A DNA stretch of 47,797 bases from an uncultured Candidatus Saccharibacteria bacterium (GTDB taxonomy: Bacteria > Patescibacteriota > Minisyncoccia > RBG-13-40-8-A > JAUWHN01), in the NCBI GenBank assembly GCA_964426965.1, contig CAYRSI010000001.1, positions 1 to 47,797 on the forward strand. The letters are read 5' to 3'. This document shows, in pieces, positions 31,010-39,481 of this stretch. The number at the start of each line of letters is the position of its first letter. Position 1 is the first letter of the stretch. The position numbers and the translations under genes were made by a program. The notes under the pieces were generated by a model. The model was not told the origin of the DNA, did no database searches, and saw only the letters and a program-made list of their open reading frames with translations.

Positions 31010-31579
31010 ATGATTTTAATTGTTGGTCTTGGAAATCCTGGGAAAAAATACAAAAAAACCCGACACAACGTTGGGTTTCAAGTTATTGATGAACTAATTA
31101 ATAGTGAACAATTAACGGTTAATAAGAAGCAGGAAAAATTTAACGCTGCAATATGGGAAGGAACATTTGATAATCAAAAAATAATCCTGGCTAAACCATT
31201 AACTTTCATGAACGAATCGGGTAAATCCGTGAAAAAATTAATTGGAAATTGGAAATTGGAAATTGGAAATTTAATCGTCATGCATGACGATATAGATCTG
31301 CCCCTGGAAACTATCCGGGTTAGTAAAAACATAACATCAGCAGGTCACAAGGGAATTCAATCAATTATTGATGAAATGGGAAGTAAAAATTTTGTGCGAA
31401 TTCGCATTGGAATTAAGCCAACTCTTGAGCAAGGCCACGATACTGAAAATTTTGTTCTAACAAAATTTTCTAAAGAAGAAAAAAAACTGATTCAAAAAGC
31501 AATCAAACTAGTCATTAAAATCATCGAGAAAGGCCTGAAACAAGGCCTCAAAAAAACAACAGTGAAAATATTTCAATAA
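31010..31579 (+). CDS. pth: peptidyl-tRNA hydrolase
   Basis: Start set at ATG 31010 (MILIVGLGNPGKKYKKTRHNVGF). The track ORF starts upstream inside the LCP gene. Confidence 0.92.
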   Translation: MILIVGLGNPGKKYKKTRHNVGFQVIDELINSEQLTVNKKQEKFNAAIWEGTFDNQKIILAKPLTFMNESGKSVKKLIGNWKLEIGNLIVMHDDIDLPLETIRVSKNITSAGHKGIQSIIDEMGSKNFVRIRIGIKPTLEQGHDTENFVLTKFSKEEKKLIQKAIKLVIKIIEKGLKQGLKKTTVKIFQ

Positions 31580-31580
31580 T

Positions 31581-31625
31581 AAATCCGCCACATAGCTCAC
31601 GTACGTAGCTTATGTGGCGGATTTT
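31581..31625 (+). terminator. Intrinsic terminator after pth
   Basis: AAATCCGCCACATAGCT-N8-AGCTTATGTGGCGGATTTT. Confidence 0.85.
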
Positions 31626-31640
31626 AGCTTCAAAATATGG

Positions 31641-31693
31641 AAAAAGCTGAATTTGGTTTACTGGCTTGCCCAATATCCAAACTCAGCTTTTTT
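31641..31693. terminator. Hairpin terminator for the small minus-strand ORF (bidirectional shape)
   Basis: AAAAAGCTGAATTTGG-N19-CCAAACTCAGCTTTTTT. Confidence 0.7.
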
Positions 31694-31808
31694 AAGAATT
31701 TCTTTCAACCCATTTTCCTAGTCTGGTTACTAACCAGACTAAAATGACAGTAATTGCCATGCCAATTACTCCCTCTAAACAAAGCAATGGCTTAAACCAT
31801 TCAAACAT
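31692..31808 (-). CDS. small hydrophobic protein (38 aa), below the ORF-track size cutoff
   Basis: Own translation: MFEWFKPLLCLEGVIGMAITVILVWLVTRLGKWVERNS*. It has SD AAGGAGG 5 nt upstream, a consensus promoter and a terminator. Confidence 0.55.
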   Translation of the reverse strand: MFEWFKPLLCLEGVIGMAITVILVWLVTRLGKWVERNS

Positions 31809-31836
31809 TTCAGTCCTCCTTAATTTCTAACATAGT

Positions 31837-31906
31837 ATTATAACGAAATACGAAGTAATTGTCAATAGCTTAAGCTATTGACAACTCTCTTAATAAAGTA
31901 TAATAT
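31837..31906. promoter_or_regulatory. Divergent consensus promoters sharing a perfect 26-bp palindrome that contains both -35 boxes
   Basis: Palindrome TTGTCAATAGCTTAAGCTATTGACAA at 31859-31884. Minus strand: TTGACA-17-TATAAT (-10 at 31837-31842). Plus strand: TTGACA (31878-31883) then TATAAT at 31899-31904 or TAATAT at 31901-31906. Confidence 0.7.
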
Positions 31907-31980
31907 GAAATGTTCAGTGTCCTTTGACACAAAAAATAAATGAAACCCCCAATGTTCATCGGGGGTAAAGGAGAAAGAAA

Positions 31981-34900
31981 ATGAAAAGAAAAATTCTGAT
32001 TTTGAGTTTGATTGTTTTATTCGCCCTGGCTTTAATGCCTCAAATAGCTAAGGCCCAGACACAGTATCCAGAACTTCAAAGGTGGTACCAAGATATTTAT
32101 TCTTACGGATTCGGAAAAAACTGGATTCGCTGGCATAAATTTGATTGGAAGGTTTACAAGGGAGCAGAACACGTTGATATTTACTATTACATTACCCCTG
32201 AAGAAAAAAGGCTTCATCAAGATGACCTTGAAGACTATGAAAAAAAGGTCCTAAAGAAATGCGTGCGCTACGCAGAAACAGCTTATAGAACAGTGAGCAA
32301 GAAATTAAGATACGAAATTCCAGAAAAACACGGTCGAGCTAAACTATACTTTTATCTAACTCGCTCAGACTATGAACAGAGCAATATAGGCGCAACAAGT
32401 CCTCCTGGCGGCTCAGCTTTTGCTGAAATGATTCAATGGAGAGTAGTCCTTGTTCGAGATGATTATACAGACGAATTTACCCAGAAACTTACAACCCACG
32501 AAATGACTCACATCTTTCAATTCTCGCTTTGGTGGGGTGGAAAACTCTGGCCCAGTCCAGCTAACTCAAAGGTTAGACAGCTGTCTCAACAGATATTGTT
32601 TTTACTTGAAGGAATGGCTCAATATATTCCAGATATTTTCCCTTCTGAATATGAAAACTTTCTGCGGTGGCTGGTTTTAACTGACAATATTCCTCAGATT
32701 GAATACTGGACAGTGCCAGGCCTTGCCCATTCCTGGGAAATCAATTACTTAATTGCCCGGGAATTCTGGAAATTCATTGAAGAAGAGTACGGCGAACACG
32801 CTTTTCGGAACATAGTTCACGAGTTCAGAAAAGCCAAACCCACTTTCAGAGGAATGAAAAAAGTATTCAAAGAAGTTTTGCAGAAAAATGGTTTTGCTGA
32901 CTTTAACAGAAAATTCAGATTATATCTAAAAAACAGATATAAAGCTTCAGTAGCAGTTAAAAAAGAAATCGATGAATACGGCAGAAATCTCTTGGCGCAA
33001 GAAAATCTTTTAAATCCAAATAAAGAAATACCAAGATGGGTAATAGAGCCAGTAGCTTCTCCAAACGGTGATTTGATTGGTGCTCTAGGTGGAGAAATTG
33101 ATCTAGATATACTAATAATCAGCAGAAAGGATGAAGCCAAATTAGGAAATCTAACCAAGGGACTTAGCTGGAATAAATATGGCTGGTGGATTATTACTAA
33201 TCCTAATAGTCCGGGTAGAAGCATTTCCTGGTCTCCAGACGGAGATTATATACTTTTCTTTAGCAGAACCGGTGAAAAAAGAAGCCTCTTTATTGTTGAA
33301 CTAATTACCAAACTAAAAACTGACTTTCGAGGAAAAAGTAGAAGTAAGCTTGTTGGAAAGGTTTATAAGAAAATAGACTTAGACCTTGATCAGGCTGAAT
33401 CTCCAGAAATGTCTAAAGACGGAAAAACTGTTGTTTTCTCAGCCCTGGAAGCTGGTCAAAGTGATTTGTTTCTGCTTAATTTAGAAACTGAATCAATCAC
33501 AAATTTGACCAATGACGAACAATTTGATTATGCGCCTGTCTGGTCCCCTGATGAAAGAAGGATTATCTATGTGGTTAATGTTAAAGGTTATAATAAACTC
33601 TTTAGCTTAGATGTGGCAACTGGAACAAAAACTCAACTGACTTTTGGCCCCAGCAATGAAACTCGTCCTGCTTTTAGCAAGGATGGATCTCAAATCCTTT
33701 TCATTTCTGACCGAGGCGAACATAGAATTACCAATATTTATGCTCTGGATATTCAAACTGTAAAAATCAGCCAAATGACTGATTTGCTCTATGGCATTAG
33801 TTCCTTCTGCCCATTAGAGGACAAAACTATAGTAGTTAGTAGCCGAGGATACAAGAATCTTCTAGAACGATACAATTATAATCTACATCTCGTTACACCT
33901 GAACAACCAGTAAATGATGATGTTAAAGATCTATTAAGGGAAAATAAAATAGTTTCAGAACCTCAAAAAATCGAAGAAATTGAAATTGATGAAACAAAAA
34001 TTGAAGAATACAAACCGCTAAAGAACATTCATATAGCCTATATTAGCGGACAAGGAGCAGTTGATAGTTATTATGGTCAGCGCACTTCCATCACTCTTGC
34101 TCTTTCTGATTCTACTGGAGATCACAGACTTTATGCAAATTATGCTAACTTTTCTTGGTGGAAATACACATACTTTTCAACAACTTATGTTAATCTTTGC
34201 AAACGAATGCAATATGGGATTGTGGCATCTTCTGAAACTCACTATCTCTATCCTTACTATCTCGGACGTTTCTTTGGTTATACTCAAACAGAAATGGATG
34301 ATGTTTTGAAATACCTGCAATTAGACCAGAAAGGACTTAATAGTTTTGCTTTCTACCCCCTTGATGCATTTCACCGAGTAGAATTCAGTTTAGGAGCTCA
34401 TAATACCAAGTATATTCATCCAGACTGGCAAATCCAGGCTGACGAGTTGGCTGAAGCAATGGAAATTTTACCATTGCCATGGCTTATTGCTGAAAAAGAA
34501 ACATATGAATTACGAGCTGATTTCTTGCAAAGCAATTTTAAGGGTGGAAAATACTTCACCTTGGGAGCTGCTTTTGTTAGAGATACTGCCCGAGGCCATT
34601 TTATTGGCAGCAAGCAGCGAATAGACTTGAGTTATAGTACTGGCGGACACAATAGATCTATCAGGATTGAAGCTATTAAATACTTACCGTTTTCCAAAAC
34701 AGCTGGCTTTGCTCTTCGAGGAGTTTGGAGTCAGCAGCGCGGAAATACCATTCATCCTGTTGTGGTAGGAGAATTCGCTGAAATACCTCGCTACGGGGTA
34801 ATTATGAAGTTTGCTGGAAATGATTTCTGGATGACTAGCGCTGAATTACGATTTCCTTTTATCAGACGAATAGATATAGCTGGATTAGGTCCAATAATAA

Positions 34901-35151
34901 GAAATACTCGAGCCGCCCTGTTTGCTGACATATTTGAAATCAAGTGGTCTGATGACAGATTTAATGTCTTTAATCAAGACGAGATTAATTCAAGCTCAAT
35001 AAAGGGAGTGGCAGGAATTAACCTAAGTTTAGGGTTTGTTCCCTTCTTTGGTCCTGTTAATTTCTCAATCAGTAAGAGAGTAATAGATTGGAGTCCTTTA
35101 ACTTTGGAAAAGGGTTGGCGATACCGATTCTATCTGGGTTGGGAATTCTAA
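31981..35151 (+). CDS. secreted fusion protein: MA-clan zinc peptidase plus PD40/TolB-like beta-propeller repeats plus Omp85 (bacterial surface antigen) beta-barrel
   Basis: Signal peptide (...PQIAKA-Q). HEMTH followed by LLEGMAQY. Four repeats of W/F-SPDG/SKDG-x-I-x-F. C-terminal AELRFPF...ALFADIFE...GINLSLGF...RYRFYLGWEF ends in an aromatic residue. Confidence 0.75.
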   Translation: MKRKILILSLIVLFALALMPQIAKAQTQYPELQRWYQDIYSYGFGKNWIRWHKFDWKVYKGAEHVDIYYYITPEEKRLHQDDLEDYEKKVLKKCVRYAETAYRTVSKKLRYEIPEKHGRAKLYFYLTRSDYEQSNIGATSPPGGSAFAEMIQWRVVLVRDDYTDEFTQKLTTHEMTHIFQFSLWWGGKLWPSPANSKVRQLSQQILFLLEGMAQYIPDIFPSEYENFLRWLVLTDNIPQIEYWTVPGLAHSWEINYLIAREFWKFIEEEYGEHAFRNIVHEFRKAKPTFRGMKKVFKEVLQKNGFADFNRKFRLYLKNRYKASVAVKKEIDEYGRNLLAQENLLNPNKEIPRWVIEPVASPNGDLIGALGGEIDLDILIISRKDEAKLGNLTKGLSWNKYGWWIITNPNSPGRSISWSPDGDYILFFSRTGEKRSLFIVELITKLKTDFRGKSRSKLVGKVYKKIDLDLDQAESPEMSKDGKTVVFSALEAGQSDLFLLNLETESITNLTNDEQFDYAPVWSPDERRIIYVVNVKGYNKLFSLDVATGTKTQLTFGPSNETRPAFSKDGSQILFISDRGEHRITNIYALDIQTVKISQMTDLLYGISSFCPLEDKTIVVSSRGYKNLLERYNYNLHLVTPEQPVNDDVKDLLRENKIVSEPQKIEEIEIDETKIEEYKPLKNIHIAYISGQGAVDSYYGQRTSITLALSDSTGDHRLYANYANFSWWKYTYFSTTYVNLCKRMQYGIVASSETHYLYPYYLGRFFGYTQTEMDDVLKYLQLDQKGLNSFAFYPLDAFHRVEFSLGAHNTKYIHPDWQIQADELAEAMEILPLPWLIAEKETYELRADFLQSNFKGGKYFTLGAAFVRDTARGHFIGSKQRIDLSYSTGGHNRSIRIEAIKYLPFSKTAGFALRGVWSQQRGNTIHPVVVGEFAEIPRYGVIMKFAGNDFWMTSAELRFPFIRRIDIAGLGPIIRNTRAALFADIFEIKWSDDRFNVFNQDEINSSSIKGVAGINLSLGFVPFFGPVNFSISKRVIDWSPLTLEKGWRYRFYLGWEF

Positions 35152-35167
35152 AAATTTTCTCTCAATT

Positions 35168-35205
35168 AAAAAAGTCAAGTGTTACTAAGACGCTTGACTT
35201 TTTTC
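35168..35205 (+). terminator. Intrinsic terminator after the 1056-aa gene
   Basis: AAAAAGTCAAG-N13-CTTGACTTTTTT. Confidence 0.75.
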
Positions 35206-35230
35206 TTATGACTTGCTAAATTAAAAGGAA

Positions 35231-35262
35231 GTCCTAAACCCGTCCGACGGGTCGGACTAGGG
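35231..35262 (+). promoter_or_regulatory. Leader motif, short variant D
   Basis: GTCCTAAACCCGTCCGACGGGTCGGACTAGGG. It keeps the CCTA...TAGG closing helix and an inner CCCG-TCCGA-CGGG hairpin. Here it does not overlap the SD. Confidence 0.35.
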
Positions 35263-35302
35263 TTCTTTAAGAATTTAATAAAAATATATAGAGAGGTGTG
35301 AA

Positions 35303-37498
35303 ATGAAAAAAATAAAATTTTTCGGATTGTTTATCGGGTTAATTCTGATAACTATGATGATGGCGCCATCTGCCTGGTGCGAAAAAGTAAAATTCCTAGG
35401 GGAAGATGTTGAAATTATGCCCCTGAAAAATGTCAAACCAGGAATGGTTGGTTACGGCGAATCGGTCTTTGACGGATCTCAAGAAATTAAAAGATTCGAA
35501 GTAGAAATTAAATCAATCAATTTCTATATTAAAAACAAGTATATTATTTGGGCTAAAGTATGGGGCGGTCCTAATAATATTATTGACCGAGCAGGAGTAA
35601 TCGCCGGAATGAGCGGCAGCCCTATTTATCTCCAAGATCCTAAAGATGGCCAATATAAACTAATTGGCGCCTTAGCTTATGGATACACTTTGCAACCGCC
35701 AAGTGAGGCACTGGCAGGAATAACACCCATTAAAGAAATGTTAGGTCTTCAGGACCTACTAGCTGCATACTATGGCAAAAAAAGCAAGGATAGTACCCAA
35801 GAGCCCTTCCAATTCTTACCAAATCCAGACAAGATTAAGGTCCCTCTACTCCTTACTGGAAGCGAAAAGGCAATAAAAATCTTCAAAACAGAAATGAAGA
35901 AAAGACTTCCTTTTAAGTTTTTTGAACGGAGAAATCCTGGATCTAATGCTGCCTCTCAAGTTAAAACTGAAACGGGTGATAATCAGTTAGACATAACTCC
36001 AAGGACCCTAAAACCGGGAGAACCGATTTCAGCCGTTCTTTCAACAGGAGACCTCGCTCTCGCTGCTACCGGAACTGTTACTTTGGCTAATTCCAAAGGA
36101 TTTTTGGCTTTTGGCCACCCATTTCTTTGGACAGGTATAAGTAATATCCCGGTCTTCAGGGCGGAAATCGGGCTAATCGTTCCTAATATGCTTAGCAGTT
36201 TCAAAGATAACAAAAGAATAGTCAATCCCCAGCTCGGAATAATTGCAGTAGATAGTTCAGAAGGAATCTTAGGATTATGGTGCCCTCAAAATACTATGCT
36301 CCCGCTAAGCGTGAGTTTCAGCAAGCAATACATTAATGGTTTTAAAAAAGAATACCAATGGAATATAGAGATAGCACAAGAAAATCCTTATAGTAACTTT
36401 TTGCTCGCCACCGGCATTCTATACCCGATCGAATTCGGCAGTCCAAATCTTGCGTATCTAAATTTCGATATAAAAGCAGATTTTATTTATAAAGATAATG
36501 GAGACGAACAAAGATTGTCAATCTCAAAAAGTTTTTTCTCTAAACAGGGAGAAAATATATATTCAAATGCAATAAGCTTAGGAAGCGTGTATACAATGCT
36601 TGGAAAGGCAAAAAAGAACCTGAAAGAAATTAACGTAGACATTCAAGTAACCCAGGAGAAGGCCGAAATTCCTACTCTCTATCTATTTGATGTAGAATTG
36701 GAAAAAAAGCTGGTTAAGCCGAGTAAAGAAATACTACTAAGTTTAATGCTGAGCGATAAAAAGAAGTATTATAGCCTAACAATAAAAGAGATCAAGGCGC
36801 CAGATTTCCAGGGAGAGGTAAAAATCAGAATCCAAGATAGTAACTCTCGCTTAGAATATTTAATAAACGAGGCCTTAAACGAGCCTTCGAAAATAAAAAA
36901 GGTTCTAGACTTCGCCAAGGCGTCTGCTAATAAAAAAGGTGTTTTTTATGTTGAAATCCAGCATATCAAATTAATAGCTGAACGCGAAGGAATAGACAAC
37001 AAGGGCTGGAAAGAAACAATTAAAAAAGTAGATGAATTAGTGAATACGGAAATTAGAGAGATAGAGTTACCTGAAATAGCTGGAAAATTTACCCCTTATA
37101 TTTCCTCTCAACAAACTATTCGCGTGAAAAGCGATGATATAAAAGATGATATTAGAAAAGCAGCTAAAGAAATAGTCGAAGAAACCAGAAACGATAATAC
37201 GATAAAATTCAAACCGGGATTGTTTATTAATCCTCCTATTGGTCTTTTCTCGGACCCCCACGGAAAGCTAAGAATGAATTTGCTTGGATTAGATGTTGGG
37301 CTACTAAAATATAAAAGGTTACAGATATTCAATTTTGGTTTTGGAATTGCTAATGGACCAGGTAGTACAAAACTTTATGTTAAGTTTGCGCCAGTCAAGG
37401 CACATGTTTGGAAAGGTCTGTTTGCTGAAGTAAGTGTAGGAATTAATGATAACGGTAAAGTTCTATTCGGCTTAGGTTTTTCTCTAAAAATAAAATAA
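35303..37498 (+). CDS. secreted SpoIVB-like (S55 family) serine peptidase domain protein with a long C-terminal region
   Basis: Signal peptide, GVIAGMSGSPIY (SpoIVB-type Ser motif), GTVTLANSKGFLAFGHPF. The C-terminal ~100 aa has an alternating beta-strand-like pattern. Confidence 0.65.
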   Translation: MKKIKFFGLFIGLILITMMMAPSAWCEKVKFLGEDVEIMPLKNVKPGMVGYGESVFDGSQEIKRFEVEIKSINFYIKNKYIIWAKVWGGPNNIIDRAGVIAGMSGSPIYLQDPKDGQYKLIGALAYGYTLQPPSEALAGITPIKEMLGLQDLLAAYYGKKSKDSTQEPFQFLPNPDKIKVPLLLTGSEKAIKIFKTEMKKRLPFKFFERRNPGSNAASQVKTETGDNQLDITPRTLKPGEPISAVLSTGDLALAATGTVTLANSKGFLAFGHPFLWTGISNIPVFRAEIGLIVPNMLSSFKDNKRIVNPQLGIIAVDSSEGILGLWCPQNTMLPLSVSFSKQYINGFKKEYQWNIEIAQENPYSNFLLATGILYPIEFGSPNLAYLNFDIKADFIYKDNGDEQRLSISKSFFSKQGENIYSNAISLGSVYTMLGKAKKNLKEINVDIQVTQEKAEIPTLYLFDVELEKKLVKPSKEILLSLMLSDKKKYYSLTIKEIKAPDFQGEVKIRIQDSNSRLEYLINEALNEPSKIKKVLDFAKASANKKGVFYVEIQHIKLIAEREGIDNKGWKETIKKVDELVNTEIREIELPEIAGKFTPYISSQQTIRVKSDDIKDDIRKAAKEIVEETRNDNTIKFKPGLFINPPIGLFSDPHGKLRMNLLGLDVGLLKYKRLQIFNFGFGIANGPGSTKLYVKFAPVKAHVWKGLFAEVSVGINDNGKVLFGLGFSLKIK

Positions 37499-37501
37499 AA
37501 T

Positions 37502-37542
37502 AAAAAATCCGCACTCTTCTTCAATTTGAAGAATGCGGATTT
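37502..37542. terminator. Bidirectional terminator between convergent genes
   Basis: AAAAAATCCGCA-N-TGCGGATTT hairpin with an inner TTCTTCAA/TTGAAGAA stem. Confidence 0.75.
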
Positions 37543-38581
37543 AATTTTGCTTTAAAACAACTATTAGTAAACAAAGAACAAAAACGCCTCCAAACAAATG
37601 CAACCAAATATCATAGTAGGCTTTTTCTGTTTTTCTCTCTTTTTCTGATTCTCTTTCAAGAACATCTTTAAACCCCTTAGTCAAATTCTCTCCGGCTTCA
37701 GAATAAATGTATTTTCCTCCGGTTGCTCGTGCAATTTTCTTCAATGTTTCTTCTTCTAACTTACTATAGACTCTTTGTCCGCCCTCATCTTCATCTTTCA
37801 TATAAAGAATTCTGCCTTGTTCATCTATTTCTTCAACAACATAACCGCCCGCTCGAGACCCAACTCCAATGGCATAAACAGGAATTCTTCTTTGTCGAAT
37901 CTCTCCTATTGCTTGATCTAAATTCTCTCCAAGATCTTCGCCATCAGAAATTAAAATAAACACTCTTCTATTTTTAGGCCGCTTAAAAATTTCCGGATTA
38001 CTATCAATGGTGTCAAGCATCTCCAAGCCGATTCTAATTGCTCCTCCAATATCTGTTCCTTCGGGCGGAAAATCCTTAACATCTAAATAATCAACATGGA
38101 ATAACAAAGAACCAACATCAAAAGTAAAAAAAGATCGATATATGGCTTCATTGCCAAAAGCAATTAAAGCCATCTGATTTTTCTTTTTGCCAACATGATC
38201 TTTTGCAAAATTTCTTAGCTCCTCTTTAACTAAATCCAAACGAAATACTTTCCTGGCTCCCCAGAAAACATCCCTGGTATTCATTGATCTTGAAAGGTCT
38301 ATTAAGCAAACTATATCAAGCGACTTTTTTATAACTGCTGATTTATCATAAGAAATTTGCGGGCCAGCAAGAGCAAAAATAATTAAACCAACTACTAAAA
38401 CCACCAAACAGTACATCAATATCTCTTTTGCCTTTGATGAGAATTCGGAAATATCCCTCAGCTTGCTTTCCTCCCATGTTTTTCTTGCCCTGAATTTACT
38501 TTTCAAGCTCAAAAACAAAGAAATTAAAATTAGAGGAAGTAAAAAAAACAAATCTAGAAATTCTAGCCTTAAAAATCTCAT
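37541..38581 (-). CDS. VWA-domain membrane protein (BatB-like)
   Basis: N- and C-terminal TM helices. MIDAS motif DLSRSM and ILISDGED. Confidence 0.8.
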   Translation of the reverse strand: MRFLRLEFLDLFFLLPLILISLFLSLKSKFRARKTWEESKLRDISEFSSKAKEILMYCLVVLVVGLIIFALAGPQISYDKSAVIKKSLDIVCLIDLSRSMNTRDVFWGARKVFRLDLVKEELRNFAKDHVGKKKNQMALIAFGNEAIYRSFFTFDVGSLLFHVDYLDVKDFPPEGTDIGGAIRIGLEMLDTIDSNPEIFKRPKNRRVFILISDGEDLGENLDQAIGEIRQRRIPVYAIGVGSRAGGYVVEEIDEQGRILYMKDEDEGGQRVYSKLEEETLKKIARATGGKYIYSEAGENLTKGFKDVLERESEKERKTEKAYYDIWLHLFGGVFVLCLLIVVLKQN

Positions 38582-38587
38582 TGCTTT

Positions 38588-39415
38588 TTATCCTTTTTTC
38601 TTTTTCTTTTTCTTATTAGATCCCGAGGTATCCTCGGATTTTTCCTTGCTTTTTTCATCAGTAGGAACTAAAACTTTTCCTATCTTTTTTTCACCTTTTT
38701 TCTTATCCTTGTCCATTTTTTTCCCTTCTGCTTTTTTCCCTTGCTGACCTTCTGTCTGCTTTTTCTGATTAGATTTTATTTGCTTTTCCTTGGCCTTTTG
38801 TGCTAATTTTTCCTTTTTTTCTTTATCTTTCTTTTTCTGCTTGGCTGCCTGCTGCATAGATTTCTTCAGCTTTTTAGGATCCTGCCTAAAGAATTCGTAG
38901 TTGTATTTGATACCCCAATCTTTTCCATCATTTGCTTTCACTGCCTCGCCAGAATTTGCCTTTGCTCCTTCAAGAAATTGGTTTATTTTTTTAGAATAGA
39001 GCGCCTTTTTATCCAATTTAATAAATAAGTCAACTCCTTTTTGCCAACAAATCAGGGCTTGCAAATTATAAAGTTGATCTTTGTAAATAGATTTTTCTTT
39101 TTTTAACTCTTGACTTACAATCTCCTCTGCTAACTCATATTTTCCCGAATCATAATAACCCTGATAGTAAAAAGACCAAGCCCGAGCCAGGGTAATACCA
39201 TGAATATCTTCTTGAAAAAACTTAATTTTAGAAAACGACCATTTTCCCAAATCTCCTATTCCTTTTTCATAAAGCTGTTCGGCTGTTTCATAGTCACCGC
39301 AGCTATAGGCCTTTTCAGCATCAGCAGGAACCTTATTCGACTTGCCGTAAAATACAAAACTCAATCCAATCGCTAAAATAAGTAATACTCCTAAAACCCT
39401 AAATAATACTTTCAT
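38588..39415 (-). CDS. TPR-like helical protein with a Lys-rich tail (BatC-like)
   Basis: N-terminal TM/signal, helical repeats (YSCGDYETAEQLYEKG...), and ~90 aa of K/E low complexity. Confidence 0.55.
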   Translation of the reverse strand: MKVLFRVLGVLLILAIGLSFVFYGKSNKVPADAEKAYSCGDYETAEQLYEKGIGDLGKWSFSKIKFFQEDIHGITLARAWSFYYQGYYDSGKYELAEEIVSQELKKEKSIYKDQLYNLQALICWQKGVDLFIKLDKKALYSKKINQFLEGAKANSGEAVKANDGKDWGIKYNYEFFRQDPKKLKKSMQQAAKQKKKDKEKKEKLAQKAKEKQIKSNQKKQTEGQQGKKAEGKKMDKDKKKGEKKIGKVLVPTDEKSKEKSEDTSGSNKKKKKKKG

Positions 39416-39481
39416 CGTATTCTCCTTTTATAAATTTTAAAGGTACAAAATTCGCATATAAAAAAGGGATCTGTTGTTTAA

